Origin: an uncultured virus (IMG/VR IMGVR_UViG_3300046001_003584)
Lineage: Duplodnaviria > Heunggongvirae > Uroviricota > Caudoviricetes
Direction: 5' to 3' (one strand)
Virus record (IMG/VR): IMGVR_UViG_3300046001_003584
Length of the DNA: 20,000 nucleotides
Shown: positions 8,801 through 16,580 of the stretch, piece by piece
Layout of the letters: each line of letters starts with the position of its first letter
How positions within the stretch are numbered: position 1 is the first letter of the stretch
The notes under the pieces: generated by a model
Database searches by the model: none
Seen by the model: only the letters and a program-made list of their open reading frames with translations
What the model was told of the DNA's origin: nothing
Position numbers and translations under genes: made by a program

Positions 8801-9745
8801 ATGAATATAAAAAGTACTGTTATCTATTGGATACATCTACCGGAACACACTAATGCAGCTACCGACGGATATGTTGGAGTCTCTAAAGATTATGCCCGTA
8901 GGTTAAAAGGACATTTGAATGACATTAATAACAAGAAACATAAAAATCCACATCTAATACATGCAGTTAGGAAATATGGATGGGACAATCTAATCAAAGA
9001 TGTTATCTTATGCGGTGAAGAATCTTATTGCTATGAAATGGAAGAAATACTAAGACCAAAAAAAGCAACTGGATGGAACATTGCTCCCGGTGGACATAGA
9101 GGACCAGGTTGGACAAAAGGCAGACCTAAAAGTAAAGAATCCATCCAAAAACAAAAAGCGTCAATTGCACCTTTCAATGAAGCAAAACGACTTGAAAGAA
9201 ACAAAAAAAGAGAAGAAAGATTGCATCAACGAGAACTAAACCGGCTATCCAAAATTCGTCAACTGGAAGAAAAAAATAAGGTCAAAGAAATTAAAAAATT
9301 AGAAAATGAAGAAAAAATAAAAAGGCGGGTCGGCGAGCGTGATAGAAGAAAACAAAAAGCAATAGACAACGGCACATACGGTTCAAAACCCAATTACAAT
9401 AATCGGCCATTCTGCAATAAATGTAACAAGAATCACGCAGCAGTGAACTATAAACGTGCCGGTGTTACACATTACAGAAGCATATGTGATGAATGTAGTA
9501 GGAAGAAGCAGAAGCAAAAACCACAAAAAGCCAATTGGACTAAGAGTGGTTATAAGAAAAAAGCCACATGTGATTTATGTGGCTTTAAGAGTTTATTCGT
9601 TACACAAATAACAGTATTTCATGTTGATGGGCACTTGGATCACAATGAACAAACTAATCTACGCAGCATTTGCTTAAACTGCATAGAAGTTGTGAAAAAG
9701 AAAGAGATTACTTGGAGACGGGGAGACCTTGAGATTGACTATTGA
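8801..9745 (+). CDS. GIY-YIG homing-endonuclease-like domain fused to a C-terminal Zn-finger/HNH-like domain
   Basis: N-terminus VIYWIH..GYVGVS..RRLKGH..KYGWDN..YEMEE..GWNIAPGG, then NUMOD3-like KGRPKSKESIQK, a charged coil, and four CxxC pairs with FHVDGHLDHNEQTNLRSICLNC. Confidence 0.8.
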   Translation: MNIKSTVIYWIHLPEHTNAATDGYVGVSKDYARRLKGHLNDINNKKHKNPHLIHAVRKYGWDNLIKDVILCGEESYCYEMEEILRPKKATGWNIAPGGHRGPGWTKGRPKSKESIQKQKASIAPFNEAKRLERNKKREERLHQRELNRLSKIRQLEEKNKVKEIKKLENEEKIKRRVGERDRRKQKAIDNGTYGSKPNYNNRPFCNKCNKNHAAVNYKRAGVTHYRSICDECSRKKQKQKPQKANWTKSGYKKKATCDLCGFKSLFVTQITVFHVDGHLDHNEQTNLRSICLNCIEVVKKKEITWRRGDLEIDY

Positions 9746-10370
9746 TAATAGTATGAATCTTGGTATGTAACTCATCAATTGTTCCATTATTTTCAACAAC
9801 ATAATCATATTTTAATCCTATGCTGCTGTACTCACTAGCATGAATTTTTAGTTTGTCTAACTTCATTTTACTTAGTGCCCAATATGAATTACCATCTGGT
9901 CCTCTATTATATGCAATTGCAGCATCATACCATTCAGGATTTGGTCCACGCTGTACTCTAATAGCTATTCCACCTGCATTTTTAATAGCAGCAACTTCAT
10001 TGTCAAACCTACAGTCTGTGATTACAACATCTTCTTTAGAGTTTAAGAGTTTGTGTTCTACACTTGCTACCCAGATGGCATTATGAAAATGGTTACGACA
10101 TACATCTGTTCCCCAATACTGTAGAATCCATCTTGGAGTAATGTTCATACCTAGACGATTACTCCACCATTCATCTTTTTTCTCCCTCCATGCTCTGCTG
10201 GCTTTTGTTGTGCCTTCTAGATACTCACGATTCCATCCAAAAACTGCTGCTACTGCATCTTTAAGACTAGCAGCAAAGCTGACTCGTTTGAAACCATGCT
10301 GTGTGGTGAGATAATCTGCAATGGTGTCTTTGCCAGATCCTATCAATCCGGTGATCCCCAAAATAATCAT
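9708..10370 (-). CDS. Deoxynucleoside monophosphate kinase (T4 gp1-like)
   Basis: P-loop GLIGSGKDT, SFAASLKD, TPRWILQYWGTDVCR, ITDCRFDNE, HASE, NNGTIDEL; SD AGGAG. Confidence 0.92.
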   Translation of the reverse strand: MIILGITGLIGSGKDTIADYLTTQHGFKRVSFAASLKDAVAAVFGWNREYLEGTTKASRAWREKKDEWWSNRLGMNITPRWILQYWGTDVCRNHFHNAIWVASVEHKLLNSKEDVVITDCRFDNEVAAIKNAGGIAIRVQRGPNPEWYDAAIAYNRGPDGNSYWALSKMKLDKLKIHASEYSSIGLKYDYVVENNGTIDELHTKIHTIINSQSQGLPVSK

Positions 10371-10437
10371 ATGTGAAATGCTCCTATATTACTTATTATA
10401 TTACAGGAGTATGAAAAAGAAAACTGTTTAGGTTATC

Positions 10438-11235
10438 CTAACCTTGGACCCACGTTAAGGGAAAAGAAAAATCCACATACTTCTTCAAATCTTCAATGAG
10501 TAATTCCATTGCTGCTTTACCTTCTGCTTTCATAGCAGTACCGTTCAATGATGTGCCACCACCCGGACCAGCAATAGTTCCAAATTTTTCACGGGCTTCT
10601 CCGATCATAAGTTTAAGATTAGCTAAAACAAAGTCACCGATCCATACTCCAGCACCCGGGTCTTGCAGTAATATTTCTTCTGTCTTTTGTACATCGGCCC
10701 ATATCAATACATGTTCCCCTGATCCTTTTGGATCTCGCACAATACGCAATACTTTGGACACTGGATTAAATGTATATGTTACATAACCACCAAACATTCT
10801 TGCTGCTAATTTAACATACCCTGCATAGAAATCATATGTTGCCATACCACCGGCATAGTTATAGTTAAGTAAGTATGTATTCAAAATAGCACTGGAGAAA
10901 GGATCAAAACTACTACTTGACGGGCCTGTTTCTAAACCAATTGATCTACGGAAAATACTTCTAACATTGATAAACTCTGCGGGAAGAGTATATGTATCTA
11001 CATTTTTCTCAATAGTCATCAATATGTACGATTCCTCAGTGGCTGCTTGTGCCCTTTGACGATATATCTTTATGGCATAGGTGTATGCTGCTTCATAATG
11101 CTGCGGGTCTAATTCAAGGTCAATCATACCATCACCTAAACGATATCTTAAATTAGTGAATAATAACTCTTTTAATTCATCTAGGTTTAATCCAGTTGGT
11201 GTAGAAAGAACTGATGCTGTTGGATATGTTGACAT
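10438..11235 (-). CDS. gp13: Neck protein (T4 gp13-like head-tail adaptor)
   Basis: RLGDGMIDLELD..Y, and C-terminal W..DF.LA..K..IGEAREKF..IAGPGGGTSLNG..MK.EG pattern of gp13. Confidence 0.85.
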   Translation of the reverse strand: MSTYPTASVLSTPTGLNLDELKELLFTNLRYRLGDGMIDLELDPQHYEAAYTYAIKIYRQRAQAATEESYILMTIEKNVDTYTLPAEFINVRSIFRRSIGLETGPSSSSFDPFSSAILNTYLLNYNYAGGMATYDFYAGYVKLAARMFGGYVTYTFNPVSKVLRIVRDPKGSGEHVLIWADVQKTEEILLQDPGAGVWIGDFVLANLKLMIGEAREKFGTIAGPGGGTSLNGTAMKAEGKAAMELLIEDLKKYVDFSFPLTWVQG

Positions 11236-11254
11236 ATATGTTACCTAATAAGTG

Positions 11255-11262
11255 TATTTATC
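11255..11262 (-). promoter_or_regulatory. Late promoter GATAAATA for the neck gene
   Basis: 19 nt upstream of ATG 11235. Confidence 0.7.
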
Positions 11263-11295
11263 TGGGTATTACTGATTTGTTTATTCTATTTCTAG

Positions 11296-11735
11296 GCAAA
11301 GGCGAGTAGATATAAAATACCTACTCGCCAAAAAGGTGTCTATTCCTGAGGCCCTTACGGGAGTGCGATGATGAATTCAAAAATTACAGTGGAGGATTGT
11401 CTATGTCTCACTAACCCGTAAAGGGATTTTGCCGTATTCGCTGTGTGTTAAATCTTCAATTCATCAGGTAGATTTAACCAGCCCGCGCCCTCTATCGCTA
11501 TCACTATGACGCGGCAATGCTTATAGTAGATTACTCTATCTCAACCAGTAAGGTACAGGAAACGTGAACTGCTAGTGAGCAGGCGTTTAGGCATCCCGAA
11601 GGGTAGTCCTGTAAATTGGATGTTGGCATTCATCTTAACTACCGTCACCGCATGGATTGTGGACGGATTAATGGCACACTTCAAGGCGGCGCTGCCTATA
11701 AGCCAATAATGAAAGTAGGGCTACTGCCCTACTTA
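11296..11735. ncRNA. Candidate large structured non-coding element (RNA or ssDNA), family unrecognised
   Basis: ORF-free, visibly GC-richer than other intergenic gaps, with about 10 stems, a multi-way junction and a 9-bp loop-distal pairing (see findings). Confidence 0.55.
11713..11734. terminator. Hairpin, probable terminator of mazG (possibly bidirectional)
   Basis: AAGTAGGGC-TACT-GCCCTACTT, a perfect 9-bp stem directly after the mazG stop. Confidence 0.7.
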
Positions 11736-12176
11736 TTAAATATCATTAGCTTTACGATTCTCGCTATACAATGCGTCAAACTTTCCACCGGGGTAGCGTG
11801 ACTCTAGTTTGCGTACATTCTCTGCAATTACTTCATTAGGATCAAGTTTCAATGCACGACATGCATTTATCCAGTACCACATAATGTCACCGAGTTCACG
11901 TTTCATATGGAAGACATTTTCATCAGTGAGGGGTTTACCCTGAAAAATGATCTTCTTGGGCACTTCAATAAATTCACCACTTTCTGCGGCTAATCCCAAA
12001 CATGCAGTAAGTAGCAACGGGATGTTAACATCAGGACCGTGCTTCATCTCACCGTCAACTAATTCGTAATTAGCATCAAGCCGATCACATGTATCCATAA
12101 ATGTAGTCAAGTCATTGCTTGCTTTGCTTGTTACAGCTTCTACGAAATCTTTGTATTTGTTTAAATCTATATTCAT
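11736..12176 (-). CDS. mazG: MazG-like nucleoside triphosphate pyrophosphohydrolase
   Basis: LGLAAESGEFIEVPKK..KRELGDIMWY..NVRKLESRYP. Start set to ATG 12176, coupled to the upstream stop (TAATG). Confidence 0.9.
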   Translation of the reverse strand: MNIDLNKYKDFVEAVTSKASNDLTTFMDTCDRLDANYELVDGEMKHGPDVNIPLLLTACLGLAAESGEFIEVPKKIIFQGKPLTDENVFHMKRELGDIMWYWINACRALKLDPNEVIAENVRKLESRYPGGKFDALYSENRKANDI

Positions 12177-13342
12177 TACCATGCTTTCAAAATTATCATT
12201 GACTCATTAAACCTGCCATTCGGCGTAGAGGCTACTGCTTTAATATCTGTGAAATATTTTCGTGCAGCCGGCTTGCTCCCCATAACTTCTTTAAGTTGTT
12301 CCCCTGGTTTGCGTAGTGTTTTGACTTCGCTCTTTGCTGAATCAAATCCTAGCAGTGTACTACCCTTAACAGTAAACACCTTGCTATACTCATCAGCAAT
12401 GTAGTGATGAAGGCGCCGCTTTGCAGTATCATAGGCCCACGCTTCACTTGCACCATGCAACTTTGTAGGGTGAATGCTAATCAAGTCTAGCTTTGCAGCC
12501 GCATCCTTGAACACCTTCAAGTATTTCAATTTAGCAACAATCTTTTCAACAGGTACAGCCTTCTTCTTGCGAGGAGCCTTGCTTGCTTTCTTAATGCTAA
12601 TGTAGCTGTTCAAGTCACTGAGAACCCCATCAATGAATTTGAGAATGTTACGAATCTGAACCTTACCTAGAAACCTGTAACCCTCTTTAAGATACTCGTC
12701 ACCGTCAGAAAGTTTCTGAAATTCAGCTTGTTTGCGTTTCCAGATTTCAACAATGATTGGGATATGCTGTGGCATAACATTATATTTTGCCACGATATCA
12801 ACTGTCTTTTCTGTTGCTTTACCTTTAGTAACAAAATCGTCAATCATCCCTTCCATTTCACCTGCTGCTTCTCCCGCCTTTTCTTTTAGAATTTCCTGAA
12901 TATTGGGGCGTGTTGCTACTACAGTTTCCTTAGCAATACTAGTTTGACTAGTTTTCACTTCTGTTTCGGTTAGTGTCTTGATCAGTCGTTTGATGTCATT
13001 TTGCAAGGCAAGTTCTTCATGCTCAGTCAATTCTAGCCCGCGCATTGTCATTCGTGCTATCCAGCACAATGTCAGAATGAATTCACTTTCATGCACTTTC
13101 CTAAGCAATTTGGCTTCATCAGGGCGTTTATTGTAATCTAGATATTGTGCCATCAAATCCCTAGCATCTTTTTTGCTATAGAATCGGGTGTACCAAGTAA
13201 AGCTGCGGGCAAGAGCCGAGAATCGTGCTTCGGTATTAGGTTGAAGTGGGAAGAAAGGTTCTTCACCCATATATTTTGTATCAGCATCACGTGGGTTGAG
13301 TGCTTTTACAAAATGCTCATCCGTATGTTTGCGTGTAGCCAT
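12176..13342 (-). CDS. Hypothetical early protein (388 aa)
   Basis: Long clean ORF with SD and its own consensus sigma70 promoter; helical N-terminal part, basic linker KKASKAPRKKK, C-terminal alpha/beta region. No function recognised. Confidence 0.8.
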   Translation of the reverse strand: MATRKHTDEHFVKALNPRDADTKYMGEEPFFPLQPNTEARFSALARSFTWYTRFYSKKDARDLMAQYLDYNKRPDEAKLLRKVHESEFILTLCWIARMTMRGLELTEHEELALQNDIKRLIKTLTETEVKTSQTSIAKETVVATRPNIQEILKEKAGEAAGEMEGMIDDFVTKGKATEKTVDIVAKYNVMPQHIPIIVEIWKRKQAEFQKLSDGDEYLKEGYRFLGKVQIRNILKFIDGVLSDLNSYISIKKASKAPRKKKAVPVEKIVAKLKYLKVFKDAAAKLDLISIHPTKLHGASEAWAYDTAKRRLHHYIADEYSKVFTVKGSTLLGFDSAKSEVKTLRKPGEQLKEVMGSKPAARKYFTDIKAVASTPNGRFNESMIILKAW

Positions 13343-13369
13343 GTTGATTCCTATCTTTGTCTAAAGTAG

Positions 13370-13398
13370 ATTATAACAGTGATTGCACTTAATGTCAA
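13370..13398 (-). promoter_or_regulatory. Early sigma70 promoter TTGACA-N17-TATAAT
   Basis: -35 at 13393-13398, -10 at 13370-13375. Confidence 0.88.
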
Positions 13399-13406
13399 AA
13401 CTTATT

Positions 13407-13667
13407 TTACCGCCCTGCACTAATCACCATACGGGTTTCTTTGTCATCCTCGTCAGAGAACTCAGGTTCCTTGGAAATACATTGTTCCACATCCTGCAAG
13501 ATACGCCGTAGTTCGCCAATGTTGATTCCTAACATCTGAATCATCATTTCTTTTACACCTTTAGGGTAAGGATTTACTGATGGATTCTGGTATGTGTCCA
13601 ACAGCAATTCCTTGCCCATGATTGTGTTACGCAGATTAGATGCTACGGTTTGGAAACAGTTCATCAT
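13407..13667 (-). CDS. Hypothetical small early protein
   Basis: ORF track 13407..13679; ATG 13667 preferred because AAGGA lies just upstream. Confidence 0.7.
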   Translation of the reverse strand: MMNCFQTVASNLRNTIMGKELLLDTYQNPSVNPYPKGVKEMMIQMLGINIGELRRILQDVEQCISKEPEFSDEDDKETRMVISAGR

Positions 13668-13675
13668 ATTGTCCT

Positions 13676-13882
13676 TCAAGCCACAGTAGCAAAATCTTCC
13701 GGAGTTTCTACCACTTCAACTACTTGAGATTTGAAACGCTCCAATGCATCATAATATTCAGCAGAGAAATTGGTATTTTTGCCAGCAACTTCCAGTTGAT
13801 ACTGATAGTTGCCAGTACGCCACAGAACTACCCGCTCACGGTTCTTGTTGTAACCATCTGCGATATACTGAATTTGATTCAT
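13676..13882 (-). CDS. Hypothetical small early protein (68 aa)
   Basis: SD AAGGA, downstream of promoter 13916-13944. Confidence 0.75.
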   Translation of the reverse strand: MNQIQYIADGYNKNRERVVLWRTGNYQYQLEVAGKNTNFSAEYYDALERFKSQVVEVVETPEDFATVA

Positions 13883-13915
13883 TGCGTTGTCCTTTAATTA
13901 ACTGTCTAAGTATGT

Positions 13916-13944
13916 ATTATACACCCAAAACTATTTAATGTCAA
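13916..13944 (-). promoter_or_regulatory. Early sigma70 promoter TTGACA-N17-TATAAT
   Basis: -35 at 13939-13944, -10 at 13916-13921. Confidence 0.88.
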
Positions 13945-13955
13945 CCTGCTTAATC

Positions 13956-14105
13956 TTAGTAATCTTCGGGATGACCTTGATCAGGACCGCGATAGTGCGG
14001 GTTGGGTACCCATGAATCGTAGTCTGTCAGTAGCCATTGCTGATCCGGGCGTTCCTCGCCCACGATCCAAGCCCATTCGCGGATTGCTTGTTGAATATAA
14101 GACAT
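13956..14105 (-). CDS. 49-aa Trp/Pro-rich early protein (below the ORF-track cutoff)
   Basis: MSYIQQAIREWAWIVGEERPDQQWLLTDYDSWVPNPHYRGPDQGHPEDY*; fills the space between two repeated promoters; GGA upstream. Confidence 0.8.
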   Translation of the reverse strand: MSYIQQAIREWAWIVGEERPDQQWLLTDYDSWVPNPHYRGPDQGHPEDY

Positions 14106-14135
14106 TTTTGTTCCGTTTTGCGAGTTGATAAGAGT

Positions 14136-14164
14136 ATTATATACCCAAAATCATTTAATGTCAA
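14136..14164 (-). promoter_or_regulatory. Early sigma70 promoter TTGACA-N17-TATAAT
   Basis: -35 at 14159-14164 (contains the TGA stop of the upstream gene), -10 at 14136-14141. Confidence 0.88.
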
Positions 14165-14418
14165 CCTAATTCGTAGATACAAATGCTAGGATCCAGTTTT
14201 TTCAACTGAGTTGCTGCGGCCATCAATTGTTTGAATCGTGCGTTAACTTGGGTGCGGCTCAGTTCGCCATCGCAGGACAAGTTCTCTGGGCTCAAGTCAG
14301 CATCAAGGCTGTTGGCAATGCCCTGCCGACCCTTAGCAGTTTCAAACTCATATTCTTTGCCTTTGAACAATCGGTTCCATTTGTTCTTTTGGTCAATGTA
14401 TGCTTGTAATGCTGACAT
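14161..14418 (-). CDS. Hypothetical small early protein (85 aa)
   Basis: SD GGAG, own promoter; motif DLSPENLSCDGEL. Confidence 0.8.
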   Translation of the reverse strand: MSALQAYIDQKNKWNRLFKGKEYEFETAKGRQGIANSLDADLSPENLSCDGELSRTQVNARFKQLMAAATQLKKLDPSICIYELG

Positions 14419-14433
14419 AATTTACTCCGTTTG

Positions 14434-14480
14434 TTTACTGTCTAAGATTCTATTATAGCACCAAAACCATTTAATGTCAA
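14434..14480 (-). repeat. 47-bp direct repeat copy 1, containing an early sigma70 promoter
   Basis: tttactgtctaagattctattatagcaccaaaaccatttaatgtcaa, identical to 14741-14787; -35 at 14475-14480, -10 at 14452-14457. Confidence 0.92.
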
Positions 14481-14498
14481 ATTTAGAGTATACTACTT

Positions 14499-14726
14499 TT
14501 AGTTTACCTTTTCGGTAACTGTCTTGTTGAAACGCAAATAACATACATCATGCGATTTACTAAATGCGGTCCCGGATCCGGTCATTGATCGGCTGTTTTC
14601 TACAAGAGTAGCACGACCCTCACTGACCATCTTGAGTGCTAGCTTATTCCACTTAGCACCTTCAACTGTGCGGCAACGCCCATTAGCATCCATCATGTCT
14701 ACTAGATCAAAAGTAAAACTACGCAT
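14499..14726 (-). CDS. Hypothetical small early protein (75 aa)
   Basis: SD AGGA; flanked by the two identical 47-bp repeats. Confidence 0.75.
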   Translation of the reverse strand: MRSFTFDLVDMMDANGRCRTVEGAKWNKLALKMVSEGRATLVENSRSMTGSGTAFSKSHDVCYLRFNKTVTEKVN

Positions 14727-14740
14727 TTTGTTTCCTATTC

Positions 14741-14787
14741 TTTACTGTCTAAGATTCTATTATAGCACCAAAACCATTTAATGTCAA
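14741..14787 (-). repeat. 47-bp direct repeat copy 2, containing an early sigma70 promoter
   Basis: Identical to 14434-14480; -35 at 14782-14787, -10 at 14759-14764. Confidence 0.92.
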
Positions 14788-14818
14788 GTTTTGGTAATAC
14801 CCCGTCATCTATATTTAC

Positions 14819-14826
14819 GATAAATA
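14819..14826 (+). promoter_or_regulatory. Late promoter GATAAATA for the gp14-gp15 operon
   Basis: 20 nt upstream of ATG 14847. Confidence 0.7.
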
Positions 14827-14846
14827 AGTAATAAAGTGAATTAATT

Positions 14847-16571
14847 ATGCCTAGATTAAGCCTTTGGCGCCCCAATAAAACGAACGACTACAACTTTTTT
14901 GATAGAACGATATCAGAACAGTTCACCGCAGGTGCCACGGATTTGTATGTTCATAAATACCTAGGCCCTACCAATCAGGGCACTTCAACTGATTATACAC
15001 AACCAAACTATGATGTATTAAGCCCCACTAACATTCAAGACTTGTTATTTCTAGAGAATCGTGACAGAACATACGACCCAAATGTTTACCGTGTGCGTGG
15101 TCACTATAATGTACAGAATTTAGACTTTGATTTGAGTCAGTTTGGATTATTCTTAAACAATGATATCATATTCATTACGGTTCATTATAATGATATGATT
15201 GATTTAGTTGGTAGAAAATTGATGGTAGGCGATGTGATTGAGTTACCGCACTTGCTTGATTATAATCCGTTAAAAGAAACTATACCAACCGCATTGAAGC
15301 GATTCATGCAGGTTACCGATGCAAACTATGCAAGTGAAGGTTTCAGCCCAACTTGGTTCCCTCATATATGGCGTATAAAGTGTGAACCACTAGTTGATAG
15401 TGAAGAATTTAGTCAGATATTAACTGCTCCGATAGACCAAGATACTTACTTGGGTATTTGGGATATTGCCAGTCCGTACCCTGCAGGATATGTTATTACT
15501 TACGGTGACAAAAATTATACGGCATTGATTGATGTTCCTGCAGGGATTACCCCACCTAATACTACATATTGGCAACTGGATACAGCAGATAATCTCAAAG
15601 ATATTCTTGCTACTTACAATACCAACATTGCAATCAATAATGCTGCACTTCAAGAAGCTGCCAGGCTTGTTCCAAAATCAGGCTACAATAGTAATAATTT
15701 GTATATTGTACCTACATACGGGGAATATTCAAGTAACGGTGTATTATCCAGAGCAATTAACAATCCTGCTCCGCCTATCAATGTAAACACAAATGGCGGA
15801 GTACCTAATCCTGCTTATACAGGTACAGTGATGATGGTGAGTAGTAGCCTATATAAAAATGCAAGTCCAGTAATCAGAATACCTAAGGCAGCAATAAAAA
15901 GTATTTGGGATATGACTGCTGACATGGGGTATGATAAATTAGAGGTATTCAATACCACTCATTTAGAAACATTCACACTAGCACCAGAAAGAACAGATAC
16001 AAATTCAGGTAGAGTTAGTGGTGAAATAGTACTAACTGTTACTAGTAGCGGACCAAGCACGGGGCCATATGGCACCGCGGATAATACATACGCCACTGCT
16101 GATGCTAACCCTGAACTTCCGGGATTTACCGGAACAATTAGTCAACAAATGGATTGGAGAGCAGATTGTGATCCTGCATTTCAATTTATTTCTCGTAGTA
16201 GTCCACGTAGTTTTGGTTATAGTGCCGGTTATATGACAGGTGATGGGACCGCTCCTAATGGAGTCTCAGATGGTGCTTCTATTTCCGGTGCTGGCATCAG
16301 TTTCCCAACAAGTCCCCAAGTAGGTGATTATTTCTTACGAATTGATTACTTCCCACAACTATTATATCGTTGGGACGGTAGAGTATGGGTTAGAATATCA
16401 TCTAATATAAGAACAGATACGGGATTCACTGCACAAGATCAATCGTTGTTATCAGGTTTCATCAATGATACCGCACAGACAAAACTTACTGACGGTACAT
16501 ATGTTCCGCAACGCCAAGCATTGTCTACTGCCCTAGCATTACAACCAGATCCAATTCCCCCACAACCTTAA
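14847..16571 (+). CDS. gp14: Neck protein (T4 gp14-like head closure) with long C-terminal extension
   Basis: N-terminal DLSQFGLFLNNDIIFITVH..KLMVGDVIELPHL..W..KCE matches the gp14 pattern; directly followed by a gp15-like gene. Confidence 0.72.
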   Translation: MPRLSLWRPNKTNDYNFFDRTISEQFTAGATDLYVHKYLGPTNQGTSTDYTQPNYDVLSPTNIQDLLFLENRDRTYDPNVYRVRGHYNVQNLDFDLSQFGLFLNNDIIFITVHYNDMIDLVGRKLMVGDVIELPHLLDYNPLKETIPTALKRFMQVTDANYASEGFSPTWFPHIWRIKCEPLVDSEEFSQILTAPIDQDTYLGIWDIASPYPAGYVITYGDKNYTALIDVPAGITPPNTTYWQLDTADNLKDILATYNTNIAINNAALQEAARLVPKSGYNSNNLYIVPTYGEYSSNGVLSRAINNPAPPINVNTNGGVPNPAYTGTVMMVSSSLYKNASPVIRIPKAAIKSIWDMTADMGYDKLEVFNTTHLETFTLAPERTDTNSGRVSGEIVLTVTSSGPSTGPYGTADNTYATADANPELPGFTGTISQQMDWRADCDPAFQFISRSSPRSFGYSAGYMTGDGTAPNGVSDGASISGAGISFPTSPQVGDYFLRIDYFPQLLYRWDGRVWVRISSNIRTDTGFTAQDQSLLSGFINDTAQTKLTDGTYVPQRQALSTALALQPDPIPPQP

Positions 16572-16580
16572 GGTATTTAC

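Noticed and set aside
11229..11260. Plus-strand TTGACA as promoter for the structured element
   Set aside because: No good -10 hexamer at 16-18 bp spacing; it overlaps the gp13 start codon and may be chance.
11461..11467. CTGATGA on the minus strand as a hammerhead ribozyme core
   Set aside because: No correctly placed GAAA or stems I-III; the motif is better explained as part of the loop-distal pairing.
11296..11735. Group I/II intron, tRNA, tmRNA or retron msr-msd
   Set aside because: No interrupted gene, no matching P7 or domain V pairing, no cloverleaf or T-loop/CCA end, and no reverse transcriptase in the window.
11616..11801. 61-aa plus-strand ORF
   Set aside because: TTG start, no SD, crosses a terminator hairpin and overlaps mazG antisense.
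13370..14787. Regularly recurring repeats as a CRISPR array
   Set aside because: Units are ~220-550 bp apart and contain ORFs, the repeats are sigma70 promoters, and there are no cas genes.
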